Shown piece by piece: positions 39,189 through 47,189 of a DNA stretch of 64,000 bases (positions are counted from its first letter, which is position 1; each line of letters starts with the position of its first letter). The notes under the pieces are model-generated. The model saw only the letters and a program-made list of their open reading frames with translations. It did no database searches and had not been told where the DNA came from. The stretch is taken from contig LJUI01000004.1 of the NCBI GenBank assembly GCA_001303705.1, positions 14,495 to 78,494 of the forward strand. Direction: 5' to 3'. The position numbers were made by a program, and so were the translations under genes. This DNA is from a candidate division TA06 bacterium SM23_40. Lineage in GTDB: Bacteria > LJUI01 > SM1-40.

Positions 39189-40331
39189 ATGGACGTACCG
39201 GTTGCCAAGCCGTTCTTCTCCAACGAGGAGGTGGAGGCAGTTCGCCAGGTCATCGCCAGCGGATGGGTCTCCCAGGGGCCCAAGGTGCGGGAGTTCGAGC
39301 AGGCATTTGCTGCCTTTGTCGGCACGCGGGAGGCGGTGGCAGTCTCTTCCTGCACCGCAGCCCTTCATCTCTCCCTCGCCGCCTTGGGCATCAGGGAGGG
39401 GGATGAAGTGATCCTTCCCGCATTCACGTTCGTGGCGAGCGCTAATGTCGTGCTCTATCAGCGCGCCGTGCCCGTTCTCGCCGACATCGACCTCGACTCG
39501 TATACCATCGATCCAGACGATGTGGAGCGATGCCTCTCGCCGCGGACCAAGGCGATCATGCCCGTCCATCTCTTTGGACTTGCCGCTGACATGGATCCGC
39601 TGCTCGAGACTGCCGCCCGCCATGGGGTATCGGTTGTGGAGGACGCCGCCTGCGCTCACGCCGCGACTCATCGTGGGCGAAACGTGGGCACCTTCGGCAC
39701 AGTAGCCTGTTTCAGTTTTCACCCCCGCAAGCTTTTGAGCACCGGGGAGGGTGGTATGATAACGACCGATGACGCGGATCTCGCACGAAGGCTGAGGTCC
39801 CTCCGCTCGCACGGGGGGTCGGTCGAGGCCTACGAGAGACATGCGGCACGGTCGGTAGCGGAACCGAAGTTTGTGGAGCTCGGCTACAACTATCGGTTGA
39901 CGGACATACAGGCCGCCATTGGATTGGTGCAGCTCTCGAGGGCAGGTCAGATGCTCGAGCAGCGGCGGAAACTGGCGGATAGGTATGGAGAATCGCTCAA
40001 GGGGCTCAGGTGTCTGAGACTGCCGATGGAACCAGCCAGGGCTCTGCACACGTTTCAATCATATGTCGTGCGCGTGACGGAGGAATGTCAGGTCACGAGA
40101 GATGAGGTGATGGAGCAGCTTCAGTTGCGCGGGATCAGCACCCGGCGGGGGACTAACGCCATTCATCATGAACCGCTGTACCGTGGTCTGGTCCCTGCGG
40201 AGCCGGCGAAACTGAAGAGAAGTACTCATGCCGAGCAGAGCACGCTTGCCCTCCCGCTCTATCCGTCGATGACCGATGACGAGCAGGATGCGGTGATAGA
40301 GGCTCTGAGGGAGGTTCTTGCAAAGGAGTAG
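39189..40331 (+). CDS. DegT/DnrJ/EryC1/StrS-family PLP-dependent sugar aminotransferase
   Basis: N-terminal VAKPFFSNEEVEAV..VIASGW.SQGP.V.EFE. PLP-lysine region FSFHPRKLLSTGEGGMI. Confidence 0.85.
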   Translation: MDVPVAKPFFSNEEVEAVRQVIASGWVSQGPKVREFEQAFAAFVGTREAVAVSSCTAALHLSLAALGIREGDEVILPAFTFVASANVVLYQRAVPVLADIDLDSYTIDPDDVERCLSPRTKAIMPVHLFGLAADMDPLLETAARHGVSVVEDAACAHAATHRGRNVGTFGTVACFSFHPRKLLSTGEGGMITTDDADLARRLRSLRSHGGSVEAYERHAARSVAEPKFVELGYNYRLTDIQAAIGLVQLSRAGQMLEQRRKLADRYGESLKGLRCLRLPMEPARALHTFQSYVVRVTEECQVTRDEVMEQLQLRGISTRRGTNAIHHEPLYRGLVPAEPAKLKRSTHAEQSTLALPLYPSMTDDEQDAVIEALREVLAKE

Positions 40332-40340
40332 GGTAAGCGC

Positions 40341-42857
40341 GTGAGCACGAGAAATCGAATTGCTGGTTCCCTGATCGTATCCCTGTCTTTGCTCGTCTCG
40401 ATTTCATTGGCAGAGAGCGAGTCTGTCGCACAGGACGATGACCGCAAGGTCACGTCGGCCGCAACGGTCCAGACGCTTGATGCAAAGGCCAACGTTCAGC
40501 TGGACACGGGGGAGTTCCCCTCTGCTCGGCGAACCTACCGTTCGATTCTGAAATCACTTGAAGGTGAACCAGTCGAGGCGCGTGTGGCGCCGTATCTGGG
40601 ACTGGCGAGGTCGCTCATCGGGCTCCGTGAGTATGAGGAGGCGAGGGGAATCGTCGCTGCGGTACTCGACTCAGTGCCTTACGATGAGTGGACGGCCCAG
40701 GTGAAGCGTCGTGCTGGCGATATCGCGCTCCTTACCGGTGACTTCGCGAAGGCGGAGACGTTCCTTAGAGATGCGCTCGCCGATTCAGTCGATCGCGCTG
40801 CCCGCGACACTCTTCTCATCCAGCTCGCCGAGTGCGCATTCCGCCAGGAGCGATGGCGCGAGGCAGCGAGCCTGTTTGCATCGCCAGTGATCGGGGACTC
40901 ACTGCTCATTCCGTTCGCGCGGTATCGGATCGCGGCAAGTCTGGCACGTGACGGAGCAGTCGATGAGGCTCTGGCCGTACTCTCGGAGCTGGCCGACCGG
41001 CATGAGGATCGCTGGCTGGCGGTGCGGGCGCTGCAGCAGGCATTTGAGATTCAGTGTGAACATGAGATGTGGGATGAGGCGCTCCGCTCGGGCGCAGCTC
41101 TGCTGGCTCGGCATCGGGATCGGGTCGATGCAGGGCTGGTCCTCTATCGGATGGGCAGGTGTGAGGAGGAGCGGGGGAGGAGGGGGAGCGCGACGAAGTT
41201 CTACGCCCAGATTCTCCGAGACCATTGGGAGAGCGAGGGATCGATGTCCGCACGGGATCGGCTCGAGGAACTGGGCCAGCTGAGCATCAAGGATCGGTAC
41301 TACGCAGGCAGGATCTCTTATGCCGCCGGGCGGCATAGGACGGCGATCTCCGACTTCTCGCGGTATCTTCGGCGCTACCCAAACGGACCGCATGCGGCAG
41401 AGGCACGCTACTGGGAGGGGAGGGCACAATTCGATCGCCGGAGGTACAGAGATGCAGAGGCAGCATTCAGGAGCCTCATATCTTCCTCGTCGGGGCCTGA
41501 TTACGGAGCTCGCGGGCTCTATTTCCTCGGCCGCACCTATGTGCGGGCGGGCAAGGATGAGGATGCGATAGCGTCGTACCGGCGGCTCGCCTCCAGGTAC
41601 CCAACAGATCGTCTTGCTGACGATGGGCTCTATTGGGTGGGACGGATCTACGAGGATGCCGGGGACTTTGCTGATGCCTACGAAGCATACGCCCAGGTGA
41701 GCGAGCAGTTCCCCCATGGCGACATGGCCCCTTCGGCGCTGTACCGACGTGCGCTCATCGCTATCCGGGATTCAGAATGGGATGACGCCATACGGGTGCT
41801 GAGTGGGTACGTGAGGCGGTATCCAGAGGACGGGGACCTCCCGGCAGCGACCTACTGGTTGGGGAGATCCCACCAAACGAAGGGCGATACGGATCAGGCC
41901 GCGGCCGCGTATGAGCGAGTTGTCCAGGATTGGCCGCGTCACTACTACGCGTGGCTGGCGGCAGGTCGGCTGGACGAGATCGAGCGGTCGGGCAGCAGCA
42001 ATCCCGTGAACGAGACCGGCCATGCCGGGCGGGACAGAGTGCGGTTCTTCTCGATCATCTCTCCACCGCCGATCGACCCAGCACGGTGGCTCTCATCGTG
42101 GGTAGATCGAGGTGCGAAACGGGAATCGAACCGTTCGCTCCCTCCGGCAGGCCAGCGCGCCATGGCGCTTGCTGCTCTCGGGCTCATCGAAGCTGCCCAG
42201 GAGGAGTTCGAGGGCTTGGATCAAGCCGCGAATCCACATCAAGCGCTCCTCGCTGCGGAAGCAGCAAGTGGGGCCGGGCTCGACCTCGAGGCGATCTCCT
42301 TCGCGCGGGACGTATTGCAGCAGGCCCAGCGGGGCGGCCGGCACGATATTCCAAAGCGCCTCCTCGAACTCCTCTATCCGGCAAGCTTCGCAGAACTGAT
42401 CGATGACGCTGCGCTCGAGAATGGTCTCGACCCGTGCCTATTGCTCGCAGTGATCAGAGAGGAGAGCAGATTTGACCCGGAGGCCCTCTCCCGGGCTCGG
42501 GCGATGGGCCTGATGCAGATCATCGCGCCCACCGCGAAGAAGCTGGCGAAAGAGCTGGACGTACCGAGTTTCGTGATCGATGATCTGTATCGCCCTGCGG
42601 TGAGCATCAGGTTCGGTGCTTGGTACCTTCGCGGATTGCTCGAAGAATTCGGCCGTCCGGAGCTCGCCCTCGCTGCCTACAACGCGGGCGAGAGTAGGGT
42701 GAGGGAATGGCTCGAGAAGAGTGGTACTGATGAGCTCGATCTATTCGTGGAGAGCATCCCGTTCCAGGAAACGCGGCAATACGTGAAGCGGGTAATGGGC
42801 TCGTACCATGTCTATCAGGCCCTGTGGGGCAGTCGTTTCGCCCCGCAGGCGAAGTGA
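40341..42857 (+). CDS. Soluble lytic murein transglycosylase-like protein (signal peptide, TPR/superhelical N-terminal domain, C-terminal SLT domain)
   Basis: SLT motifs ES.FDP.A.S.A.A.GLMQI and AAYNAGESRV. Long TPR-like N-terminal region. Confidence 0.8.
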   Translation: MSTRNRIAGSLIVSLSLLVSISLAESESVAQDDDRKVTSAATVQTLDAKANVQLDTGEFPSARRTYRSILKSLEGEPVEARVAPYLGLARSLIGLREYEEARGIVAAVLDSVPYDEWTAQVKRRAGDIALLTGDFAKAETFLRDALADSVDRAARDTLLIQLAECAFRQERWREAASLFASPVIGDSLLIPFARYRIAASLARDGAVDEALAVLSELADRHEDRWLAVRALQQAFEIQCEHEMWDEALRSGAALLARHRDRVDAGLVLYRMGRCEEERGRRGSATKFYAQILRDHWESEGSMSARDRLEELGQLSIKDRYYAGRISYAAGRHRTAISDFSRYLRRYPNGPHAAEARYWEGRAQFDRRRYRDAEAAFRSLISSSSGPDYGARGLYFLGRTYVRAGKDEDAIASYRRLASRYPTDRLADDGLYWVGRIYEDAGDFADAYEAYAQVSEQFPHGDMAPSALYRRALIAIRDSEWDDAIRVLSGYVRRYPEDGDLPAATYWLGRSHQTKGDTDQAAAAYERVVQDWPRHYYAWLAAGRLDEIERSGSSNPVNETGHAGRDRVRFFSIISPPPIDPARWLSSWVDRGAKRESNRSLPPAGQRAMALAALGLIEAAQEEFEGLDQAANPHQALLAAEAASGAGLDLEAISFARDVLQQAQRGGRHDIPKRLLELLYPASFAELIDDAALENGLDPCLLLAVIREESRFDPEALSRARAMGLMQIIAPTAKKLAKELDVPSFVIDDLYRPAVSIRFGAWYLRGLLEEFGRPELALAAYNAGESRVREWLEKSGTDELDLFVESIPFQETRQYVKRVMGSYHVYQALWGSRFAPQAK

Positions 42858-42860
42858 ACG

Positions 42861-44252
42861 ATGCGGTCTACGCTACTGCTGGTACAGACGATTATCGTTA
42901 CCATCTTGGTACTGGCGGCGACGGGTCTGGGAGACGGATACGATCCGACGACCCTGGTCTTTCCACCCTATGGTCACACTATGGGGTATCACAAGGCCAC
43001 GTCGTTCCATCTCCGCCTTCTGTTGGGCTCGACGGTTCGATTCCGAAACCCGCAGGGTGTTGCGGTGGTGCGGTTGCGATCGACGGACGACCCTGTCGAT
43101 CATCATGATGATGACGAAGTCTCCGTGTACGCTGTGAATTCGGATGCCCATCAGATCGTTCACAATCGGTCATTGACGGACGTCGATATCTTCGGGCGTT
43201 TCGGTAGGGGGGAAGGTGAGTTCTGGAGCCCGCGGGGCATCGCCGCCAACGCCGATGGTGATGTCTACGTGGCCGATACGGAGAACCATCGCATCGTGCA
43301 TCTGCACGATGACGGTGAGGGGCTCTCGTTCGCGAAGACGATCGGGAAGTTCGGTGCCGCTCCAGGGGAGTTCGACCGCCCGAGAGGGGTGGCGCTCGAC
43401 GCACGAGGGACCATATACGTGACCGATACCGGGAATCATCGTGTACAGGTCTTCTCGTCGGAGGGCGATTTCGTGCGCTCGATCGGAGACCCGCGAGGGG
43501 GCCGGGGGCGGGTCGAACATCCTGATGGGATCGCGGTCTACGATGGACGTGACCAGTGGTCATTCTATGAGGATCGGTCTCTCTATGTCGTCGATCAGCA
43601 CGGGGAGCGTATTCAGCAGTTCTCTCTCGACGGTAGACTCATTGCCGCGGTGAAGATGTCTGACATCGGGGTGACAGACGCCGACATCGCATATCTGGCT
43701 GTCGACTACTACGGAAACCTCTATGCCACCGACATGAGTAATCATCGAATTCATAAGTTCGATCGGTCGCTCCGCTACATCATCTCTTATGGACGGTACG
43801 GCACAGGCGACAAGGAATTCGATTCGCCGCGAGGCATCGGTATCTGGAAGCGATTTGGACAGGTGTTCATAGTGGAGAGAGAGGGTGCACAGTACTACTG
43901 GGTTGGGGTCGACGCATCGATCCGGGGGATCTTTCCCAGGACATTCGGGATCGAGCACAGCGGGACGACGCTGTCGCTCTATCTCACAGAAGCATGCGAA
44001 GTGAACGTGAGCATCTCGGATGAGAACAAGAATGTGGTGCGGCGGCTCGTGCCGGAGTTATGGCGTGAACTGGGTGAGCACGAGATCGTCTGGGATGGCC
44101 TCGATGATGCACGTCGGCCGGTCCCTCCGGGCGTCTATCGCCTCAATGTCACCGTCGAGCCGACCTACTCGTCCAAAGGGTATTTCAAGAAAGAGCTGAC
44201 AGCGACAGTCGTCAAGGTCGAGGAGACGGAGGATCTATCCTCGCGCGGATAG
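42861..44252 (+). CDS. Secreted NHL-repeat beta-propeller protein with C-terminal FlgD-Ig-like domain
   Basis: Signal peptide. Repeated P.GIA....G..YV.DT.NHR...F units (NHL). C-terminal VSISDENKNVVRRLV...HEIVWDGLDDARRPVPPGVYRLNV. Confidence 0.7.
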   Translation: MRSTLLLVQTIIVTILVLAATGLGDGYDPTTLVFPPYGHTMGYHKATSFHLRLLLGSTVRFRNPQGVAVVRLRSTDDPVDHHDDDEVSVYAVNSDAHQIVHNRSLTDVDIFGRFGRGEGEFWSPRGIAANADGDVYVADTENHRIVHLHDDGEGLSFAKTIGKFGAAPGEFDRPRGVALDARGTIYVTDTGNHRVQVFSSEGDFVRSIGDPRGGRGRVEHPDGIAVYDGRDQWSFYEDRSLYVVDQHGERIQQFSLDGRLIAAVKMSDIGVTDADIAYLAVDYYGNLYATDMSNHRIHKFDRSLRYIISYGRYGTGDKEFDSPRGIGIWKRFGQVFIVEREGAQYYWVGVDASIRGIFPRTFGIEHSGTTLSLYLTEACEVNVSISDENKNVVRRLVPELWRELGEHEIVWDGLDDARRPVPPGVYRLNVTVEPTYSSKGYFKKELTATVVKVEETEDLSSRG

Positions 44253-44302
44253 GCGACTGGCCCACTCACCTGTGTCAGAGCTCGTGAGCTGAGGAGCGAA
44301 TA

Positions 44303-45349
44303 TTGCGGGGGAATCGAATTCTCTGGGGCATTGTGGGCACCGTCACTTTCGCGTTCTGGTGTGCGGAGATGGCAGAGGGAACGAAGTATGCAGGTGAGTA
44401 CCTCACGCTAGGTGTCGGCGGTCGTGCACTCGGACTCGGAGGCGCCTATGTCTCCATGGCAGATGATGTCACTGCCTCCTATTGGAATCCGGCCGGTCTG
44501 GCACTGCTCGACAGGCGTGAGATGTCATTCATGCACGCGGAGAACTTCGCTGGTATCGTTCAGTACGACTTCCTGGCATATGGTCAGGCATGGGGCGACT
44601 CTACGAGGCCGTCCGGCGTCGGGATAGGTCTGGTGCGTCTCGGCGTCGATGAAATTCCGGTAACGAGCACTCTTGAGTTGCTCGATTACGGGCTGGATGG
44701 AGAGCCCAACACGGGTGACGAGGGAGAGGGAAACGGTCGCCTGGACGTAAACGAGCGGATCGTATATGACGAGGACAAGATATCATGGACAAGCGACAAT
44801 GAGATAGCGGTCTACCTTAGCTACGGCCGTGGCATGTCATCGTCTCTCTATCTCGGGGGAAGCGTGAAAATCCTCGGAAAATTCCTCTACGAGAATAGTG
44901 CGGTCGGGATCGGCGCCGACGTTGGGGCACTATACAGACCTCGGTCCTGGCTCACAGTAGGAGCTGTGCTGCAGGATATGACGACAAGTCCGCTGGTGTG
45001 GAATACTGGTACACGCGAGACGATAACGCCGACTCTGAGGGCCGGCCTCAGTTCCCGCCACCTTGTGGAGAGGTTCGAAGGCGACCTGACGCTGGCGGCA
45101 GGAACTGATGTGCGGTTCGAGGAACAGAGTCTCGGCAGCACTCTATCTTCTGGCGGAGTAAGTCTTGACCTCCATGTTGGCGCCGAGTACCGATATCGTG
45201 ACATGGTTGGAGTCCGCCTGGGTGCTGATCGTGGCCGACTCACTGCCGGGGCGGGGTTCTCGGTGCGGATGTTCCTGGCGGATTATGCGTTTCTCGCCCA
45301 CGAAGATCTGGGAAATAGCCACCGCGTCTCTCTTGGTGTTCAGTTCTGA
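44303..45349 (+). CDS. Outer-membrane beta-barrel protein of the FadL/PorV/PorQ-like (UPF0164) type
   Basis: Signal peptide. GVGGRALGLGGAYVSMADDVTASYWNPAGLA motif near the N-terminus. Alternating amphipathic strands. C-terminal aromatic residue (..GVQF). Confidence 0.5.
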   Translation: MRGNRILWGIVGTVTFAFWCAEMAEGTKYAGEYLTLGVGGRALGLGGAYVSMADDVTASYWNPAGLALLDRREMSFMHAENFAGIVQYDFLAYGQAWGDSTRPSGVGIGLVRLGVDEIPVTSTLELLDYGLDGEPNTGDEGEGNGRLDVNERIVYDEDKISWTSDNEIAVYLSYGRGMSSSLYLGGSVKILGKFLYENSAVGIGADVGALYRPRSWLTVGAVLQDMTTSPLVWNTGTRETITPTLRAGLSSRHLVERFEGDLTLAAGTDVRFEEQSLGSTLSSGGVSLDLHVGAEYRYRDMVGVRLGADRGRLTAGAGFSVRMFLADYAFLAHEDLGNSHRVSLGVQF

Positions 45350-45530
45350 GGTTTTCCCTGATAGGGGCTGACCCGTAACCGCTACCAGGCCGGTACAGGG
45401 GTCGGCATGACAATCTGGGCCCGGTCGTGCAACTGCCCGGAGAAAAGGGCGACTTCGGCTCGACCGCATCTCAGTGCCGAGGTCGACCAATCGTCGAGCG
45501 GGTGAGTGCCGCTGGCGGGAGGGGTGATCG

Positions 45531-46097
45531 GTGCGCGAGTTTGAATGGAAACGAAAAGGCGTGCACCTGGGAGCGATAGTCCTGCCCATACTGTACTACC
45601 TGCTCCCAGTGCCGGTCGGTCGGGCGTGTTTGCTCGCCCTGACCGGCATCGTGATCATCTTGGATGTCGTGCGGCTCCGACACTCCACGGCCCACTCAAT
45701 ATTCGTCCTCGTCTTTGGCCCGGTGATCCGGCGCCACGAGGTCTGGAGTCTTACCGGTGCTACGTATCTGCTCTTCTCTTCTCTGATCTGTGTGTTTGTG
45801 TATGATAAGCCGGTGGCCGTTGCGGCTATCTCCTTTCTTGTCCTTGGCGATTTGATGGCCGCCATCGTCGGGACGCGCTGGGGGCGTGTCCGTGTGTGGG
45901 GAAAGACGATCGAGGGAGCAGTCGCATGCTTCGTCACATGCCTGATCGTCGTCTGGGTCATCCCGGAATTATCGCTGCGAGTGGGGTTGGCTGGAGCCTT
46001 GGTCGCGGCTGTCGTCGAGATTGTCCCCGTGCCGCTCGATGACAACCTGAGCATCCCGCTCATGAGCGGTCTGGCAATGCAGCTCCTCACGTTGTGA
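45531..46097 (+). CDS. Small polytopic membrane protein resembling CTP-dependent polyprenol/diacylglycerol kinases (SEC59/DGK1/CdsA superfamily); assignment tentative
   Basis: LVLGDLMAAIVGTRWGR...KTIEGAVACF resembles the C-terminal catalytic segment of dolichol-kinase-like proteins. 6 predicted TM helices. Confidence 0.35.
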   Translation: MREFEWKRKGVHLGAIVLPILYYLLPVPVGRACLLALTGIVIILDVVRLRHSTAHSIFVLVFGPVIRRHEVWSLTGATYLLFSSLICVFVYDKPVAVAAISFLVLGDLMAAIVGTRWGRVRVWGKTIEGAVACFVTCLIVVWVIPELSLRVGLAGALVAAVVEIVPVPLDDNLSIPLMSGLAMQLLTL

Positions 46098-46267
46098 CCT
46101 TAGCGATCGAGACTGTCGGCAGACGTAGCGATCACCGACGGTACTTGCCGAAGGGCGATCAAAAAAGTCGAAAAATATGGTTGACATGCTATTGACGCTG
46201 TGGTACCTTAATCAACTGAAGGCACCGCGTGTTAAGAGCTTCCAGCAGTAAGGAGGGTCAGAGGGTC

Positions 46268-46468
46268 ATGCCTAGGGGAAGAGTCAAGTGGTTCAATGAA
46301 AACAAAGGTTATGGGTTCATTGAACGCGAGGACGGTGAGGATGTCTTTGTTCACTTCTCGGCGATACAGGAAGAGGGATTCAAGACACTCACTGAAGGGC
46401 AGGAAGTCGAATTCGAGATAGTGGAGGGTGATAAGGGACTTCAAGCGTCGAATGTTACCAAAGTATAG
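46268..46468 (+). CDS. cspA: Cold-shock protein (CspA family)
   Basis: [28 protein letters not shown] (RNP1/RNP2 motifs). RBS AGGAGGG. ATG at 46268. Confidence 0.92.
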   Translation: MPRGRVKWFNENKGYGFIEREDGEDVFVHFSAIQEEGFKTLTEGQEVEFEIVEGDKGLQASNVTKV

Positions 46469-46765
46469 AGGGTCGATGTGAGGCGATAATTGAGGTGGCG
46501 AGGACTCCCCGAGGCTATTCAGATGCCAGGAGAGCCTCGCGTCTTGAGATGAGGCTGGAAGTGAGAGCTGGCCCCGGAGCGCAGATCTGCTGATAGAGCA
46601 TACTGATGGGGCGGGGCGATCTTTCGGCTGTGTCCCGCCGGAAGATCGGTAAGCCCCATATCCATAATCGTCCGGTGGCGCCAAGATAGAGCTGACGTGT
46701 ACAGCGATCGTGCGTTGCGAAAGCAGGCGGGTGAGCCGGCTTTCCGGATGGAAGGACCAGTGCGA

Positions 46766-46840
46766 GCGGGAATAGCTCAGTGGTAGAGCGCCACCTTGCC
46801 AAGGTGGATGTCGCGGGTTCAAGTCCCGTTTCCCGCTCCA
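46766..46840 (+). tRNA. tRNA-Gly (anticodon GCC), 75 nt with encoded CCA
   Basis: Near-identical to canonical bacterial tRNA-Gly: GCGGGAATAGCTCAG...CCTTGCCAAGG...TTCCCGCTCCA. Confidence 0.9.
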
Positions 46841-46913
46841 TCTGTTTGGGTGGCATCGTCGTTCTGTGCGATAGGCGCATTCTACACGAAGTTCTTCCAC
46901 AGAACGGAGTCGG

Positions 46914-46989
46914 GGCGGCATAGCCAAGTGGTTAAGGCGACGGTCTGCAAAACCGTTATGCTCCGGTTCGAATCCGGATGCCGCCTCCA
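46914..46989 (+). tRNA. tRNA-Cys (anticodon GCA), 76 nt with encoded CCA
   Basis: GGCGGCATAGCCAAGTGG... Anticodon stem-loop ACGGTCTGCAAAACCGT. T-arm CCGGTTCGAATCCGG. 3' end GCCGCCTCCA. Confidence 0.85.
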
Positions 46990-47136
46990 GTGGGGGTAGC
47001 CGGATCAGAGTGCATGCTGCCCTTCCGACAACCGATAGGTCGGGAAGACAGAGGTACACAGGGCACCGCATAGCCTTGCGGCCTCGGTACCCGATCTGCC
47101 TGTCGAGGGTGAGGAGAGGGGGAACTGGGAGGAAGG

Positions 47137-47169
47137 CCCACTTGCGTCGCCCGGCACGAGTGGGTTTTT
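47137..47169 (+). terminator. Intrinsic-terminator-like hairpin (CCCACT-N16-AGTGGG) followed by TTTTT, 150 nt after tRNA-Cys and 20 nt before the next gene's RBS
   Basis: 6-bp perfect stem plus a U-tract, which is rare in this GC-rich sequence. Confidence 0.45.
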
Positions 47170-47189
47170 GCTTTGAGAGGAGGAGGAAG

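Noticed and set aside
46469-46765. ~300-nt non-coding gap between cspA and tRNA-Gly as a candidate sRNA or promoter region
   Set aside because: Only a CATAAT -10-like hexamer at 46663 without a convincing -35. No terminator-like hairpin. Insufficient evidence for a discrete feature.
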